Positions 29,605 through 40,233 are shown, counted from the first letter of the stretch. The stretch: 64,000 bases of DNA from an uncultured bacterium (GCA_902795965.1 CADBNI010000029.1:5067-69066); one strand, 5' to 3'. Notes: generated by a model not told the origin, from the letters alone. Translations and numbers: made by a program.

Positions 29605-30261
29605 ATGAGTAAAAATGGTTTTACCTTAGCGGAAGTTTTGATAACATTGGGAATAATAGGTGTTGTTGCTGCAATTACAATGCCGTCACTCATAAAACAT
29701 TATCAGCAACAGGTTGTTATAAGCAGGCTAAAAAAATTCTATACAAACATTAATCAGGCAATAAAAATGTCGGAAGTTGAAAACGGCAGTTGCGAAAACT
29801 GGGATATGCCCACAGGCGATGGAAATTATGTCGGTTTGGCGTTTTTTAACAAATATTTGGCAAATTATTTAAAGTATCATGATGTATCGCTTAGCGATAT
29901 AGTTACATATGATGAACATGGCAACAAAAATGCTATCCAAAGGTACCTGATAAAATTTGCAGATGGTTCCGCCATGACAATTCATTACAGTGGTGGTATA
30001 GATATATCTTTCTATATTTACGCATCAAAAATTACTGATGCACAATTGGGTAAAAATAAATTTTCATTTGATTTTGAGAAAAACAACTCTAAGTCGAAAA
30101 AATGTTCGGTTGAACCATACACACTCACATGGGACGGAACAAGAGAACATTTAAAAACACACCCAAGATACGGGTGTAGTGAAACCTCGATAGCAAAAAC
30201 ATTTTGTGCAAAACTTATACAATATGACGGTTGGAAAATCAGTAAAGACTATCCTTGGTAA
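29605..30261 (+). CDS. Type IV pilin-like protein (cassette 2)
   Basis: RBS AAGGAG, MSKNG|FTLAEVLITLGIIGVVAA; ends CAKLIQYDGWKISKDYPW. Confidence 0.9.
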   Translation: MSKNGFTLAEVLITLGIIGVVAAITMPSLIKHYQQQVVISRLKKFYTNINQAIKMSEVENGSCENWDMPTGDGNYVGLAFFNKYLANYLKYHDVSLSDIVTYDEHGNKNAIQRYLIKFADGSAMTIHYSGGIDISFYIYASKITDAQLGKNKFSFDFEKNNSKSKKCSVEPYTLTWDGTREHLKTHPRYGCSETSIAKTFCAKLIQYDGWKISKDYPW

Positions 30262-30300
30262 TATTTTTATGCTACAATATCAAAAAAAGGAGCAGGAATT

Positions 30301-31347
30301 ATGTTTGATGTTGTAACGATTGGAAGTGCTACGATGGACGTTTTTGTAGAATGCGAAGACGCAAATATCGTATCGGTTTCTACAAAAAATAAAAAATCAG
30401 AGTTTATGAGCTACCCTTACGGAGCTAAAGTCGAAATGACCGACTTTGATTCGCGCGTGGGAGGCGGAGGAATTAATACCGCATGCAACTTTGCAAACCT
30501 CGGGTATAAAACAAGCGCAATCTTTAAAATCGGTGACGATATTTATTCTGCAGGTATTCTAAAATCATTTAAAGGCTCTAAAGTTGACCTTTCAAATATC
30601 ATCTGCGACAAAAAAATAAGCACAGGTTTTTCAATTATCTTAGTAAGTTTTCAAGGTGACAGAACAGTGCTTGCTCACCGCGGTGCTAACGCAAAAATCA
30701 AAAAATCAGATATAAATTTTGAAGCTATAAAACAAGCACAACTCCTATATATAGCTCCGCTTAACGGTGAAAGTACAAAGGTGCTTGACGATTTGGTAAC
30801 TTTTGCAAAAGAAAATGATGTGACCGTTTGTTTCAACGCAGGAACATCAAGCATAAAAAAAGGATTTAACTACATGAAAAAAATCCTTGAAAATGCCCAC
30901 ATAGTAGTTCTTAACAAAGAAGAAGCATCTATGGCAACGGGAATTCAGGTCAGACCCGACACAAGCAAAGAAAAGTTCTCGGAAGAACCAATCCACCCCG
31001 ATTTAAAAGCTATGTTTAAAAAGCTCAAAGTCCGCGATTATCAGGTAATCGTAATAACAGACGGCGGTAACGGAGCTTATGCTTACGACGGTCATAATTA
31101 TTACATATGCCCCGTATTTGACGGGCCTGTTGTGTCAACTCTCGGAGCGGGTGATGCCTTTGCCTCGACTTTCTGCGGAGCTTTGGCAAAAAACCGCATA
31201 GATATCGGCAAAGCTCTTATGTATGCCTCTGTAAATTCTTCGGGTGTCGTTTCAAAATTCGGTGCAACTCAAGGGCTTATGACTTTTGAAGAAATCGAAA
31301 ACACACTTATGCAAAATCCCGATTATAAGTACAAAATTGTGGAATAA
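30301..31347 (+). CDS. PfkB-family carbohydrate kinase
   Basis: GGGGIN, VSTLGAGDAFAS. Confidence 0.92.
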   Translation: MFDVVTIGSATMDVFVECEDANIVSVSTKNKKSEFMSYPYGAKVEMTDFDSRVGGGGINTACNFANLGYKTSAIFKIGDDIYSAGILKSFKGSKVDLSNIICDKKISTGFSIILVSFQGDRTVLAHRGANAKIKKSDINFEAIKQAQLLYIAPLNGESTKVLDDLVTFAKENDVTVCFNAGTSSIKKGFNYMKKILENAHIVVLNKEEASMATGIQVRPDTSKEKFSEEPIHPDLKAMFKKLKVRDYQVIVITDGGNGAYAYDGHNYYICPVFDGPVVSTLGAGDAFASTFCGALAKNRIDIGKALMYASVNSSGVVSKFGATQGLMTFEEIENTLMQNPDYKYKIVE

Positions 31348-31362
31348 TTTACGGGACAGGCA

Positions 31363-32139
31363 TTAATTATCAATATCATCTTCTAAGTTTTTAACAAGCT
31401 CATAATCCCATACGAGTGTTGCTATCGTAAGAAAATAAACGAGCAATATTCCCGTTATAAATTGCGAAAGTTTGGTAATTAAGTGTTGATTGGTAGAAAT
31501 CGTAAATCCGATTTCACCCGCATCACCGCGATACATTACAGCTACAACCACACCTGCAATAAAAAATATTAAAAATATCAGCGTAAAAACAATAACATAA
31601 GAACAAATTATTACCCATAAACGTTTCAAAATAAGCAAAATATAATTTTTAAAATTCAAATGTTTTATGAGGGAATATGCGTCATCATTATTAAAATTGT
31701 ACGAAAATCCCGCCTGCAAGGTTGTCAAAGGAACTGTCAAAAGCATTTCAACAACAAATGCCAATCCCGCATACTTAGTAAAAAATGCCGTAAAAAACAA
31801 CGGAACACCCGCCAAAAATATTAAAAACAATAACTTGTTCAACGGCAGTTTGAACGAGCGCATATCAGCCTCAGGCAGTTCTCTTTCGTGCAAAAACAGA
31901 GTTTCGTAACCCGTAAAGAAAAAAGCAAACAAAATCCACAAAATACCGTAAGCGCATTTTTCAAGCAAATTGACATTTTCTGCACCCATAATCGTTACAT
32001 AAGCATTAAAAAGCCCCACAATTCCGCAAACCGAAAATAGCAAAAGTTGCCGCGAAAATGCCTCTCTGCCCTTATATAATTTTGATAAAGCCTCTGATGT
32101 ATACATATCTTCGCACCCATTATAACAGTTTAAAACCAA
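31363..32139 (-). CDS. Hypothetical integral membrane protein
   Basis: 258 aa with multiple hydrophobic segments. Confidence 0.75.
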   Translation of the reverse strand: MVLNCYNGCEDMYTSEALSKLYKGREAFSRQLLLFSVCGIVGLFNAYVTIMGAENVNLLEKCAYGILWILFAFFFTGYETLFLHERELPEADMRSFKLPLNKLLFLIFLAGVPLFFTAFFTKYAGLAFVVEMLLTVPLTTLQAGFSYNFNNDDAYSLIKHLNFKNYILLILKRLWVIICSYVIVFTLIFLIFFIAGVVVAVMYRGDAGEIGFTISTNQHLITKLSQFITGILLVYFLTIATLVWDYELVKNLEDDIDN

Positions 32140-32174
32140 ATTGCAAGAATATATTTTTCAGGTAAAATTTTATT

Positions 32175-33254
32175 ATGGATATTGAAACAAAACAACTTTA
32201 TAACACTCTGAAAACACGATTTGAAAAGATAAATACATTTGATACAAACACCCTTCAAAAAGAAATTGAAAATTTGGAAGGTCAGCTTCAAACCCCCGAA
32301 GTTTGGGCTGATCAAAAAAAAGCATCCGAATTAGGTTCAAAAGTGCGTGACATAAAAGATAACCTTGAATTTGTCACAAAATGGCAGGGAGTACTTGATG
32401 ATTGCGAAACCGCTTTTGAAATTGCTGACGAAGAATTGATAGCGGAATGCGGTCAGGCTTTGAACGAGATGTCCAAAGCACTTGATAAATTTGAGATTAA
32501 ACAAATGCTTAACGGTGAATATGATGATGCCGATGCGATTTTAACAATAAATGCAGGCGCGGGCGGAACGGACGCTCAGGATTGGGCAAGTTTGCTCCTT
32601 AGAATGTACTCACGCTGGTGCGAAAGCAGGAATTGGAAAGTCGAACTTTTAGACAAATTGGACGGCGATGAAGCGGGAATAAAATCCGCAACAATTAAAA
32701 TTACGGGAAAATATGCGTACGGATATTCAAAAGCGGAAAAGGGAGTTCACAGACTTGTAAGGATTTCTCCTTTTAATGCTAACGGCAAACGACAGACAAG
32801 TTTTGCCTCGGTCGAAGTTTCACCGATTATAGAGGATTTTGAAAAAACGATTACAATCCCGCCCGAAGAACTTGAGATTGACACAATGCGTTCGGGAGGT
32901 GCGGGCGGTCAAAACGTTAACAAAGTCGAAACCGCGGTAAGGATTTTGCACAAACCCACAGGTATTGTCGTAAAATGTCAGCAGGAACGCTCTCAACTTC
33001 AAAACAAAGAAAACGCAATGCAGATTTTGGCATCAAAACTTCTTGCAATCCGCCAAGCCGAACACGAAAAGAAATTGGCTGAGTTGAAAGGCGAAAACGT
33101 TGATATTAATTTCGGTTCACAGATACGTTCTTACGTTTTTCATCCGTATAAAATGGTTAAAGATCACCGCACAAACTTTGAAGTCGGAAATGTCGATTCG
33201 GTCATGGACGGAGATTTGGACGGCTTTGTCGAAGCGTATTTGAAGATGAAATAA
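32175..33254 (+). CDS. prfB: Peptide chain release factor 2
   Basis: [19 protein letters not shown] (SPF motif), [10 protein letters not shown]. Confidence 0.97.
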   Translation: MDIETKQLYNTLKTRFEKINTFDTNTLQKEIENLEGQLQTPEVWADQKKASELGSKVRDIKDNLEFVTKWQGVLDDCETAFEIADEELIAECGQALNEMSKALDKFEIKQMLNGEYDDADAILTINAGAGGTDAQDWASLLLRMYSRWCESRNWKVELLDKLDGDEAGIKSATIKITGKYAYGYSKAEKGVHRLVRISPFNANGKRQTSFASVEVSPIIEDFEKTITIPPEELEIDTMRSGGAGGQNVNKVETAVRILHKPTGIVVKCQQERSQLQNKENAMQILASKLLAIRQAEHEKKLAELKGENVDINFGSQIRSYVFHPYKMVKDHRTNFEVGNVDSVMDGDLDGFVEAYLKMK

Positions 33255-33255
33255 T

Positions 33256-34179
33256 TTACCAGGGATAATCCTTGCTGATTTTCCAACCGTCATGCATTAT
33301 TTTTGCTGCGCAATATACTCCGCTACCGTTGCATTCCCCGTTTGGATAGCCATACGGGACAATTTGTCCGTTAGCCGTTCTTATAAAGAAAAACACATCT
33401 CTTCCCAGTTTATTTGGTTGTTTAGCTCCATTCAAATCAACTGTCATATATCCGCCGGCATTACCCGGTTTTGCCATGATTTGGAGTAAAGTCCCGTCCC
33501 CCAATATCATAGTAATTCTACTTCCGCTTCCTGTTATATCGTGGCCGTGAACATTCCCGTTAAGATCATAAAATGGCTTGATTGAGGTATAACCGCAATC
33601 ACTCGGAGAAGTACATAATTTTGCAGATTTTAAATAAGGTTTCCAATAAATTCTATAATAATTAGAAATACCGATATCATCAATAGCCTGCCAATTTACA
33701 TACTCTCCGTTTTCTGCTTCCGACAATTTCATTGCCTGATTTAATATTGAATAAAACTTTTTTAATTGTGTTACGGTTTTATGTTTTTGATAATTTGTAA
33801 TCATAACAGGCATGGTTATCGCCGCGACAACTCCGATAATGCCAAGGGTAATGAGGACTTCAGCGAGGGTAAAGGCGGATTTCTTGGCAGACTTTCCGTC
33901 TTTCACGTCATTCTGAACTTGTTTCAGAATCTCGTCTTGAGATGCTGAATCGCGGAGGTCAATCCGACGTTCAGCATGACGGAATGTCTGTTGTGAGAAG
34001 TGAAATGTGAAAGGTGAGAAGTTCTTTAAGGGTAATATTGAACCCCTCACCCGCATTTGTACGGCTCCGCCTACAAATGCTCCCTCTCCCCGTTGGGGCG
34101 AGGGATGATTTTTTGTAAATTCTTTACTCACTCCACTCACCTCACTAACTTCACTCACTCTCTTATTATCTTTGTTCAT
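33256..34179 (-). CDS. Type IV pilin-like protein with 102-aa repeat-derived leader (cassette 3)
   Basis: KSA|FTLAEVLITLGIIGVVAA after the leader; ends CAAKIMHDGWKISKDYPW; RBS AGGAGG. Confidence 0.88.
   Translation of the reverse strand: MNKDNKRVSEVSEVSGVSKEFTKNHPSPQRGEGAFVGGAVQMRVRGSILPLKNFSPFTFHFSQQTFRHAERRIDLRDSASQDEILKQVQNDVKDGKSAKKSAFTLAEVLITLGIIGVVAAITMPVMITNYQKHKTVTQLKKFYSILNQAMKLSEAENGEYVNWQAIDDIGISNYYRIYWKPYLKSAKLCTSPSDCGYTSIKPFYDLNGNVHGHDITGSGSRITMILGDGTLLQIMAKPGNAGGYMTVDLNGAKQPNKLGRDVFFFIRTANGQIVPYGYPNGECNGSGVYCAAKIMHDGWKISKDYPW
33906..34161. repeat. Stack of four repeat types within the pilin leader
   Basis: GTCA-REP pair 33906-33981; heptamers 33993-34020; CCCCTCACCC..CCCTCTCCC..GAGGG palindrome 34043-34104; nonamers 34126-34161. 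Confidence 0.8.
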
Positions 34180-34230
34180 AAATACCTCCTTTGTTAATAT
34201 ACATTACAGAATAAAACATGTTTACATGTA

Positions 34231-34259
34231 ATTATAACATGTATAGTTATATTATTCAA
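34231..34259 (-). promoter_or_regulatory. sigma70 promoter for pilin-like gene 3 with ACATGT palindromes
   Basis: Reverse strand TTGAAT-17 bp-TATAAT; three ACATGT sites at 34216-34242. Confidence 0.75.
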
Positions 34260-34290
34260 CCCTTTAAATTAAAATTGATAAAATAAGTTT

Positions 34291-34497
34291 ATGATTAAGA
34301 ACAGATTATCAATAATTTTGGGCGAGCAGAGAATGCGAGTATCAGAGCTTTCGAGGTTGACAGGTATAAGCCAGAATGCGCTCAACAATATTTATCATAA
34401 TAAAACTAAAGGTGTTGATTTTGATACTTTAAACAGGATTTGTAATGTATTAAGATGCAATTCTCAAGAGTTATTTGAATTTACGCCTGATACATAA
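34291..34497 (+). CDS. XRE/Cro-C1 HTH regulator (cassette 3)
   Basis: MIKNRLSIILGEQRMRVSELSRLTGISQNALNNIYHNKTKGVDFDTLNRIC. Confidence 0.9.
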   Translation: MIKNRLSIILGEQRMRVSELSRLTGISQNALNNIYHNKTKGVDFDTLNRICNVLRCNSQELFEFTPDT

Positions 34498-34501
34498 TAA
34501 A

Positions 34502-34521
34502 AGACTCCCTTGCGGGAGTCT
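34502..34521. terminator. Terminator-like hairpin between convergent genes
   Basis: agactccc-ttgc-gggagtct. Confidence 0.65.
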
Positions 34522-34553
34522 CTATGTAGTTAAAGAAAGAAATTATGTGTAGA

Positions 34554-35624
34554 TTATGCTGCTTTGGCAGGTTCAAGTTGTTCCAATTTAGCGAGTGCTG
34601 CCGTTGCCGCTTCCTGAACATTTTTGTCCTGATCGTTCTTTGCGATTGAGAACACTGTGTTCAAGTCTTGTTTGTACGCGGGTTGTTGAATGTAGCTGAG
34701 AGCTTCGATTGCTGAAGTTCTAACCATCGGATTCGGGTTATTTTTCAACTGTTCAACAATTTGAGCCGCTCCGGGGAGTTCTGTCAAAGGTACTGTTGCA
34801 CCCGTCAATTTTGCGACTTCTTCACCGTACAATTTCTGCATTATTGCAGATGTGAACATTGCATAACTCTTGTTGCGTTCTGCCTGTTCCATAGGAGTTA
34901 TTTTGCCTGCCAACTGTTTTTCGGCATCAGAAAGTTGTTCACCTTTCATCATTTTTTGTCTTGCCGCAATCTGTTCGGGCGTAGGACCTTCAAGTTTGCT
35001 TGAGTCGGCATTAATTATATTATTTAAAGCATTTACGATTTTTTCGTCAAGCAATTCGGTTGCTTTTTGAGGTTCATCTTTTACCATATTTGCAATTTCT
35101 TCCATTGCATTTGCCTGAACTTCAAAATCGGGATTTGTCAATTTTGCAATAAAGGAATTTAAATCAACCTGCGGAGTCATGGGTTCGGGAGGTACAACCT
35201 CTACCTTCGGAGCTTCCGCTTGAGCTTTCGGTTCTGCGGGTTGAGTAACCGCGGGAGCCGGAGCATTTATATTTTGCTGTTGAATTACTTGCTGAGGAGG
35301 TATTGCCGCAACCGGTTGTTCCTGAGGCATGCAAACCGGGCAAGGAGGACATACCGTTTGTTGAGGCATGTAATAAGGTTGGGCTTGTGCCTGCGGATAT
35401 TCATACAACTGAGCTTGCGGATAGCTGTAATAAGGATTTGTTACCGGGGCATACTGAGGAGCGTACTGCGGAACATTCATTGCGACCTGTCCGACACCGG
35501 GTGCGCTCACCGAGGGGTTGTGAACATCAATCTTTACTGCGTTATAATTTGGGGCAGGTAATGCCTGAGGCATTACGGGAATCTGTTGTAAGTAAGGATT
35601 GATTGCATTTGGAGCTTGAATCAT
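34554..35624 (-). CDS. Pro/Gln-rich N-terminal, HEAT-repeat C-terminal protein
   Basis: Low-complexity PQ-rich region; NPMVRTSAIEAL and DKNVQEAATAAL HEAT-like helices. Confidence 0.75.
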   Translation of the reverse strand: MIQAPNAINPYLQQIPVMPQALPAPNYNAVKIDVHNPSVSAPGVGQVAMNVPQYAPQYAPVTNPYYSYPQAQLYEYPQAQAQPYYMPQQTVCPPCPVCMPQEQPVAAIPPQQVIQQQNINAPAPAVTQPAEPKAQAEAPKVEVVPPEPMTPQVDLNSFIAKLTNPDFEVQANAMEEIANMVKDEPQKATELLDEKIVNALNNIINADSSKLEGPTPEQIAARQKMMKGEQLSDAEKQLAGKITPMEQAERNKSYAMFTSAIMQKLYGEEVAKLTGATVPLTELPGAAQIVEQLKNNPNPMVRTSAIEALSYIQQPAYKQDLNTVFSIAKNDQDKNVQEAATAALAKLEQLEPAKAA

Positions 35625-35801
35625 CTAATTTCTTCCTTTCGATAAAATAGAGTCTTAATTTTATTCTACTGTTTAAATATCCGTAAAGATAAAAAATTGC
35701 CAAAATCTCTAAAAATTTTAATAAAACTTAACAAACAATCCGTTTTGTTACAAATTTTGCCTATATTTTGTTTATGCTATAATTAAGTTAGGGGATTATT
35801 A

Positions 35802-36767
35802 ATGATAATAAATAAGAATGAAAGAAAATCAATAAGATCGGCATTCGGAAAAACCCTTGCCGAATTGGGCAGAAAAAACCCGAATATAGTAGTTTTGGAC
35901 GCGGATTTGTCCTGTTCTACACAAACTCAAATTTTTGCAAAAGAGTTTCCCGACAGATTTTTCAACTGCGGAATTGCAGAACAAGACATGATATCAACTG
36001 CGGCAGGACTTGCCTCTGCGGGCAAAATTCCGTTTGCGGCAACATTTGCAATGTTTGCAACCGGAAGAACGTATGACCAAATTAGAAATTCCGTATGCTA
36101 TCCCGAATTTAACGTAAAAATTGTAGGTACGCACGGAGGAATTACCGTAGGCGAAGACGGTGCGACCCATCAGGCATTAGAAGACGTATCTCTTATGCGT
36201 TCAATCCCGAACATGACGGTTATTGTACCGTCTGATTGCAGGGAATGCGAACAGACAATAAAATTTGCGGCAGAAAATTACGGGCCTATGTACATAAGAA
36301 TTCCGCGTACCAACGTTTGCGATATCTTTGACGAAAATTACGAATTTGATTTTTGCAAAGCCAATGTATTGGAAGAAGGTTCGGAAGTTACCGTAATTTC
36401 TAACGGAGAAACTCTTGCCGAAGTCATTGAAGCATGCGAAAACCTGAAACAAAAGGGTTATTCCATACAAATAATAAGCCTTCCGGTCGTAAAACCGCTT
36501 GATGTTGCAACAATTATCGAAAGCGTCAAAAAAACAAATTTCGTTATTACGGTTGAAAATCATTCGATTATCGGAGGTTTGGGAAGTGCCGTATGTGAAC
36601 TTTTAGCGGAATATTATCCCGTTCCCGTCCACAGAATTGGCTTAAACGATACATTCGGACAAAGCGGAAGATGGGACAATCTGCTTGACTATTACGGGTT
36701 GAGTGCGGAAAAACTTGAAATTACAATAAAAAAATATATTGATAAATATCGTCTAATAAGGAATTAA
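35802..36767 (+). CDS. Transketolase, C-terminal (pyrimidine-binding) subunit
   Basis: FFNCGIAEQ, GEDGATHQALED, TVENHSIIGGLGSAV. Confidence 0.93.
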   Translation: MIINKNERKSIRSAFGKTLAELGRKNPNIVVLDADLSCSTQTQIFAKEFPDRFFNCGIAEQDMISTAAGLASAGKIPFAATFAMFATGRTYDQIRNSVCYPEFNVKIVGTHGGITVGEDGATHQALEDVSLMRSIPNMTVIVPSDCRECEQTIKFAAENYGPMYIRIPRTNVCDIFDENYEFDFCKANVLEEGSEVTVISNGETLAEVIEACENLKQKGYSIQIISLPVVKPLDVATIIESVKKTNFVITVENHSIIGGLGSAVCELLAEYYPVPVHRIGLNDTFGQSGRWDNLLDYYGLSAEKLEITIKKYIDKYRLIRN

Positions 36768-36769
36768 AC

Positions 36770-37447
36770 ATGATTCAATTCAGATCGGTTACAAAAAAAT
36801 ACAAAAACGATAACTATGCACTAAAAAATGTTAATCTTGATATACTATCGGGAGAATTTGTATTTATAGTAGGAGCATCGGGAGCGGGAAAATCAACCCT
36901 GATGAAACTTCTCTATAACGAAGAACGCCCTACAAGCGGAACGGTTACAATCGGAGGCATAAATGTTGCAAACCTCCCGAGCGACAAAGTTCCGAACTTG
37001 AGAAGATGCATGGGAATTGTTTTTCAAGATTACAAATTACTCCAAAATCAAAGTGTTTTTGATAACGTTGCCTACGTAATCAGAACTCTCGGAATAAGTA
37101 CAAAAGAAATTAACGCAAGAGTTTCGGGAGCATTAAAAATCGTAGGCTTATATAACAAAATGAATGCATTTCCCTCTGAACTTTCTGGCGGTGAACAACA
37201 AAGAGTCGGTATCGCTCGTGCAATCGTAAACGGGCCTCCGCTTTTGATTGCGGACGAACCGACAGGAAACCTTGATCCGAAAAATTCAATGGAAATTATG
37301 CAAATTTTGGATCAAATTAACCAGCGCGGAATTACGGTAATTGTTTCAACACACGATAACGCAATGGTTGATTATTTCAGAAAAAGAGTTATTACGCTTG
37401 ACAAAGGCGAAATTGTAAGAGATATACAAGCAGGTACTTATGACTAA
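36770..37447 (+). CDS. ftsE: Cell division ATP-binding protein FtsE
   Basis: GASGAGKST, VFQDYKLL, LSGGEQQRV, ADEPTGNLD. Confidence 0.93.
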   Translation: MIQFRSVTKKYKNDNYALKNVNLDILSGEFVFIVGASGAGKSTLMKLLYNEERPTSGTVTIGGINVANLPSDKVPNLRRCMGIVFQDYKLLQNQSVFDNVAYVIRTLGISTKEINARVSGALKIVGLYNKMNAFPSELSGGEQQRVGIARAIVNGPPLLIADEPTGNLDPKNSMEIMQILDQINQRGITVIVSTHDNAMVDYFRKRVITLDKGEIVRDIQAGTYD

Positions 37448-38348
37448 TCCTAAAGCAAAAATTAAGAAAAAAGTAAAAAAACACATACCTAAAGATTGGT
37501 TGTGTGAGCTTAGAATTTTATACAGACTTACAAAAGAAACAATCCATGACATTCACAGAACGGGGATTGTAAACCTTGTAATCATAACAACGATGGCGGC
37601 AATATTGATGATTTTCGGTTCATTTTTCAGATCCGCAATATCAATATCTTCATTTGCTCACGAATTGGGTAATGTATTAGAGTTATCCGTATATTTAAAA
37701 GATAATACTGATGCAAATATCGTAAAAAACAGGGTAAAAGAATTTGAACACGTTGAAAATGTTACCGTTATACCTAAAAACACATCATGGGTAAACCTGA
37801 AACGAGAAATGGACTTGCCGGACATTGACAATCCTTTGCCGGACACACTTCATGTCAAAGTTGACAAACCCGAAAACATTGAATCGGTATTCAAAGACGT
37901 TAAACAACTTAAATCCGTTGAAGATGTAAGCTATGCGCAAGATTTGGCAAAAAAAATCGAAGCATTAAATCATATTGTAAATATCATAACGGTATTTGTC
38001 GTGATTGTTATGGCGATTTTGACAATTACGATTATTAACAACACTATTCAGCTTGTAATTCAATCAAGGAAAGATGAAATCGAGATTATGCGCCTTATGG
38101 GTGTTTCCAACTGGTACATAAGATTTCCGTTAATTATGCAGGGGGCATTTTACGGATTTACGGGTGCATTGATTGCGGTATTACCTTTAAATGTTGTTCA
38201 AAACGGGCTTAATCACATGCACCAATTCTTTATGGTACCGACACCTTTGTATGCACAAAATCTCGTAATTGCGGTTATGTTTGCAATGGCAATTATGTTC
38301 GGTGCAGGCGGAAGTTTCTTATGTATCAAGAAACATTTGCAGGTGTAG
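37440..38348 (+). CDS. ftsX: Cell division permease FtsX
   Basis: NPLPDTLHVK, INNTIQL.IQSRKDEIEIMRLMG...YIRFP. Confidence 0.92.
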   Translation: MTNPKAKIKKKVKKHIPKDWLCELRILYRLTKETIHDIHRTGIVNLVIITTMAAILMIFGSFFRSAISISSFAHELGNVLELSVYLKDNTDANIVKNRVKEFEHVENVTVIPKNTSWVNLKREMDLPDIDNPLPDTLHVKVDKPENIESVFKDVKQLKSVEDVSYAQDLAKKIEALNHIVNIITVFVVIVMAILTITIINNTIQLVIQSRKDEIEIMRLMGVSNWYIRFPLIMQGAFYGFTGALIAVLPLNVVQNGLNHMHQFFMVPTPLYAQNLVIAVMFAMAIMFGAGGSFLCIKKHLQV

Positions 38349-38351
38349 TTT

Positions 38352-39551
38352 ATGAATATACTCATAATATCAAACGATAATGAATTTGCACATGCTTTAA
38401 GCAAAAAACTCGTTTTTTTGCGAAAAAGCGATATTGTTAAAATATCTTCTTATAAAGAGGCGATAAATGAGGTTGAAATTTTTACTCCAAATATAGTGCT
38501 TGTCCATGAAAATACGATTAAGACAACTACTAATCTTATAAAAAAAATCGGCAAAAACAAATGTTTCAGCATTATGCTTATGGCAAATTCGCTCAATTCC
38601 GATTTAATACTTTCGGCTTCGGATAACGGAATTGACGATTTTGTACTTTCTACGGCAGAAGATTTTGAACTTGTAATTAGAATTATCAATAACGCAAAGC
38701 ACAATTCCACAAAGCTAAAACTTTACCGAAACGAAAAGATTTTGGAACAGTTAAAAGTTATTGATGAATTAACGGGAATTTACAGTTACAATTACGCAAA
38801 ACAGGTAATAGAAAATGCTATAGATGAAGATTTGGTTACAGAGGGAAGTTTTGTGGTGCTTTCACCCTCAAATAATTCAAAAATAGAATTTTCTGCGGAA
38901 AAATTTACGGAACTCTTAAAAACTTTGTTGCGATGCCGTGACATAATAACTCTTGGGCGCGGAAACAATTTTTATCTGTTTTTGCCCGAAACGAACATGA
39001 ACGGTGCAATAGCAGTAATAAATAAGATAAGCGAACAGACTTCGCTTGAAATTTGTGCGGGAATTACTGATATTTCGGGCAAATCATTTAATGAATTTGA
39101 GCATTCGGGTCTGAAAGCTGTTGCGCAAGCCATTGCAACCAATGCGGAATACGTTATTGCGGAAGATAAAACGGAAGATATAGCAGAAGAATGGCTTGAT
39201 AACGGTGATAAAAATTACAAAATATTCCGCCAAATGTTTAAGAAAAAATTAGAAAAGGTCATTATTCCCGTATTCTATGCTTTGCAGGAAAGTTATGACG
39301 GCAAGTTGTTTAATACAAAAATCGAACAGTATACGGTCGAAAACCTGTGTGTTTTCAATTTGCGCAACAAAAAATCAGACAGTTCATTAAAAATTATTTA
39401 TCCGGGCTTTGCAAAAGTTATAGTTTCGATTGAACACGAAGGGCTTGACAGTCCCGAAAACAAACAATTTGACTTAAAACTCTCCGAAATTACGCAGAGC
39501 AAATTAACAGAATTAATCGAAAATTTCATCAAAGAATTTAAGTCGAGGTAA
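38352..39551 (+). CDS. Degenerate receiver + degenerate GGDEF-like protein
   Basis: REC-like N-terminus, DELTGIYSY, GRGNNF in place of the GGDEF loop, LPETN. Confidence 0.6.
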   Translation: MNILIISNDNEFAHALSKKLVFLRKSDIVKISSYKEAINEVEIFTPNIVLVHENTIKTTTNLIKKIGKNKCFSIMLMANSLNSDLILSASDNGIDDFVLSTAEDFELVIRIINNAKHNSTKLKLYRNEKILEQLKVIDELTGIYSYNYAKQVIENAIDEDLVTEGSFVVLSPSNNSKIEFSAEKFTELLKTLLRCRDIITLGRGNNFYLFLPETNMNGAIAVINKISEQTSLEICAGITDISGKSFNEFEHSGLKAVAQAIATNAEYVIAEDKTEDIAEEWLDNGDKNYKIFRQMFKKKLEKVIIPVFYALQESYDGKLFNTKIEQYTVENLCVFNLRNKKSDSSLKIIYPGFAKVIVSIEHEGLDSPENKQFDLKLSEITQSKLTELIENFIKEFKSR

Positions 39552-39553
39552 AT

Positions 39554-40168
39554 TCAGAATTTGAACGGGTAATCTTTTGGAATTTTCCAACCGTTCATTT
39601 GTATTAATTTGGTACAATGTGCAGGATTTGATGTATCTGCTCTGCAACCGAAATAACTGTCGTTTAAAAACTCTTCAACCGTTTCATATTCCTGTCCGCC
39701 ATATTCATAAGGCATAACTGCACCTTCCTCTACACGGAACATAAATGGAAAATATTCTCGACCTGCCAATTTGCTTTCTTTTGACCAGTTGGCTGCTACC
39801 GGACAAAAATTCCACCCATATGCCGAAATACTCAACAAACTGCCATCTGCAAAATATATATCAACTACATTAACATTATGTAATTCGTTATATTCAACTT
39901 TCAGAGGTTTTAAATATTTGGCGAGATATTTTTTATACCACTCCTCTGATTTTCTCAATGTCAAAGCATCCCAATATTCAGTTTCAGAATTATCAATTTC
40001 AGACATCTTGATTGCTTGATTTATTACCGAATAAAATTTTGCCAATCGAGTTTCAACAACACTTTTCTTATAGTTCTGCACAAGTACAGGTATCGTCATT
40101 GCCGCAACTACACCGATTATTCCTATGGTTATCAAAACTTCCGCAAGAGTAAAAGCTCTTTTATTCAT
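39554..40168 (-). CDS. Type IV pilin-like protein (cassette 4)
   Basis: MNKRA|FTLAEVLITIGIIGVVAA; ends CTKLIQMNGWKIPKDYPFKF. Confidence 0.9.
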   Translation of the reverse strand: MNKRAFTLAEVLITIGIIGVVAAMTIPVLVQNYKKSVVETRLAKFYSVINQAIKMSEIDNSETEYWDALTLRKSEEWYKKYLAKYLKPLKVEYNELHNVNVVDIYFADGSLLSISAYGWNFCPVAANWSKESKLAGREYFPFMFRVEEGAVMPYEYGGQEYETVEEFLNDSYFGCRADTSNPAHCTKLIQMNGWKIPKDYPFKF

Positions 40169-40233
40169 AGAATTTTCCTTTCTGATTTACATAATTCTTA
40201 ATAATTCAATTAAATTCATGACGTGTTAAGAAT

